Origin: a virus | Taxonomy: Duplodnaviria; Caudoviricetes | Reading direction: 5' to 3' (one strand) | IMG/VR virus record: IMGVR_UViG_3300030389_001641 | Location: 1-56,869 of that record | DNA: 56,869 bases | Shown here: positions 56,056 through 56,869 of the stretch, piece after piece | Position numbering within the stretch: position 1 is the stretch's first letter | Layout of the letters: every line of letters begins with the position of its first letter | Made by a program: the position numbers and the translations under genes | The notes under the pieces: generated by a model | Told to the model about the DNA's origin: nothing | What the model saw: the letters and a program-made list of their open reading frames with translations, nothing else | Databases searched by the model: none

Positions 56056-56869
56056 TATTTACCCTCTAACGCTGTTAATCTTGCTTCTATTGATGAAAAG
56101 ATAAAAGAAAATAATTCTGGATACCTAACACCCAGTCTTGTCTGCTCTTTGCCATCATCATTTGTCCATGTATCTGAAATGAACAACCCATATTTAGTAG
56201 CATCTAGTCCCTCTGCCTCAAAAGCTGATTTTACTTCTTGTGCTACTATCCCTGTGTGTGTTCTTGCTTTGTCTCCTTTTTCTACAACCTTATCTCTCCA
56301 TCTAAATGTTTTAAACAATGTAGATAGTTTTTTGGCAACACTGAGTTCTTTATCTGTTGCACTTGCTATATCTTGCTTTTCATTCTCGTCTGATGTTTGA
56401 ATTGTACCATTAGTAGCAAATACATCATCAAAACGAACATTAGACCGACCTAAATCTATTGCATTATCTCTACTATCATTTGTGGAGGGGTCATAAGGTA
56501 TTATTTGGTCAATATTGTCGCCAAAACGCAATCCAACATCTCCTGAACCAATGTAAATGTCTGTTTGTCCATCAGTTTTACCAATACTACCCACAGTAGA
56601 GCCGTCTTTGCGTAACTCAACAATATTACCATCATTTGTTTGCCTGTTAAAAAAAGCAACACTACCTCCACTTCTTGCAACAGATAATGTGGTAGGTGCA
56701 ATTTGAATACCCTCTACACTACTTGAGGATGCAACACCAGCAGTAGTTGTGCCCACCAAAAAATTACCAGATGCGTCTATCCTAGCAGTGTTTGTGCTAC
56801 CATTACGAAACCTTACCACGCCAGCCAATGATGAATGCGAACCACCATATAATAATATGTTTGCACCAA
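56055..56869 (-). CDS. tail fibre C-terminal part with S74-type chaperone, open at the right edge
   Basis: Frame stays open from 56828 to the edge (GANILLYGGSHSSLAG); paralogous to the C-terminus of 51422..53524. Confidence 0.85.
   Translation of the reverse strand, partial: GANILLYGGSHSSLAGVVRFRNGSTNTARIDASGNFLVGTTTAGVASSSSVEGIQIAPTTLSVARSGGSVAFFNRQTNDGNIVELRKDGSTVGSIGKTDGQTDIYIGSGDVGLRFGDNIDQIIPYDPSTNDSRDNAIDLGRSNVRFDDVFATNGTIQTSDENEKQDIASATDKELSVAKKLSTLFKTFRWRDKVVEKGDKARTHTGIVAQEVKSAFEAEGLDATKYGLFISDTWTNDDGKEQTRLGVRYPELFSFIFSSIEARLTALEGK

Noticed and set aside
51422-56500. Similar C-termini of two fibres as a DGR template/variable repeat pair
   Set aside because: Both copies are coding, differences are largely synonymous and not adenine-specific, and no reverse transcriptase is present

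Overview
The window is an AT-rich tailed-phage (podovirus-type) genome resembling uncultured marine bacterial phages. It is probably complete and circularly permuted, because the two edges join in frame into one tail-fibre gene. A long minus-strand late region runs 19721->1 and continues 56869->36027. It holds an SLT lysin, TerL, portal, holin, a cluster of small basic proteins, GroES, scaffold, major capsid, adaptors, five tail-fibre genes, a tail tube/stabilisation protein, a displaced TerS, ejection proteins and an M15 endolysin. A mostly plus-strand early/replication arm (20199-36030) holds Zn-finger miniproteins, a C5 methyltransferase with a fully nested second-frame subunit, two nucleases, SNF2 and UvrD helicases, an SSB-like protein, a primase, an AlpA-type HTH and an L762 PolA. 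I saw no integrase, RNA polymerase, tRNA or CRISPR array. The most unusual signals are: (1) a strand-polar CCGA excess that ignores gene orientation; (2) a dual-frame methyltransferase with four tandem W[AP]TP modules, coupled to two nucleases; (3) a hydrophobic-x-x-G-G-x-hydrophobic motif shared by unrelated probable virion-internal proteins; (4) DNA-level homology boxes flanking swappable tail-fibre cassettes; (5) inverted iterons and a four-hairpin leader before the primase. All product calls come from motif recognition by eye, not database searches.
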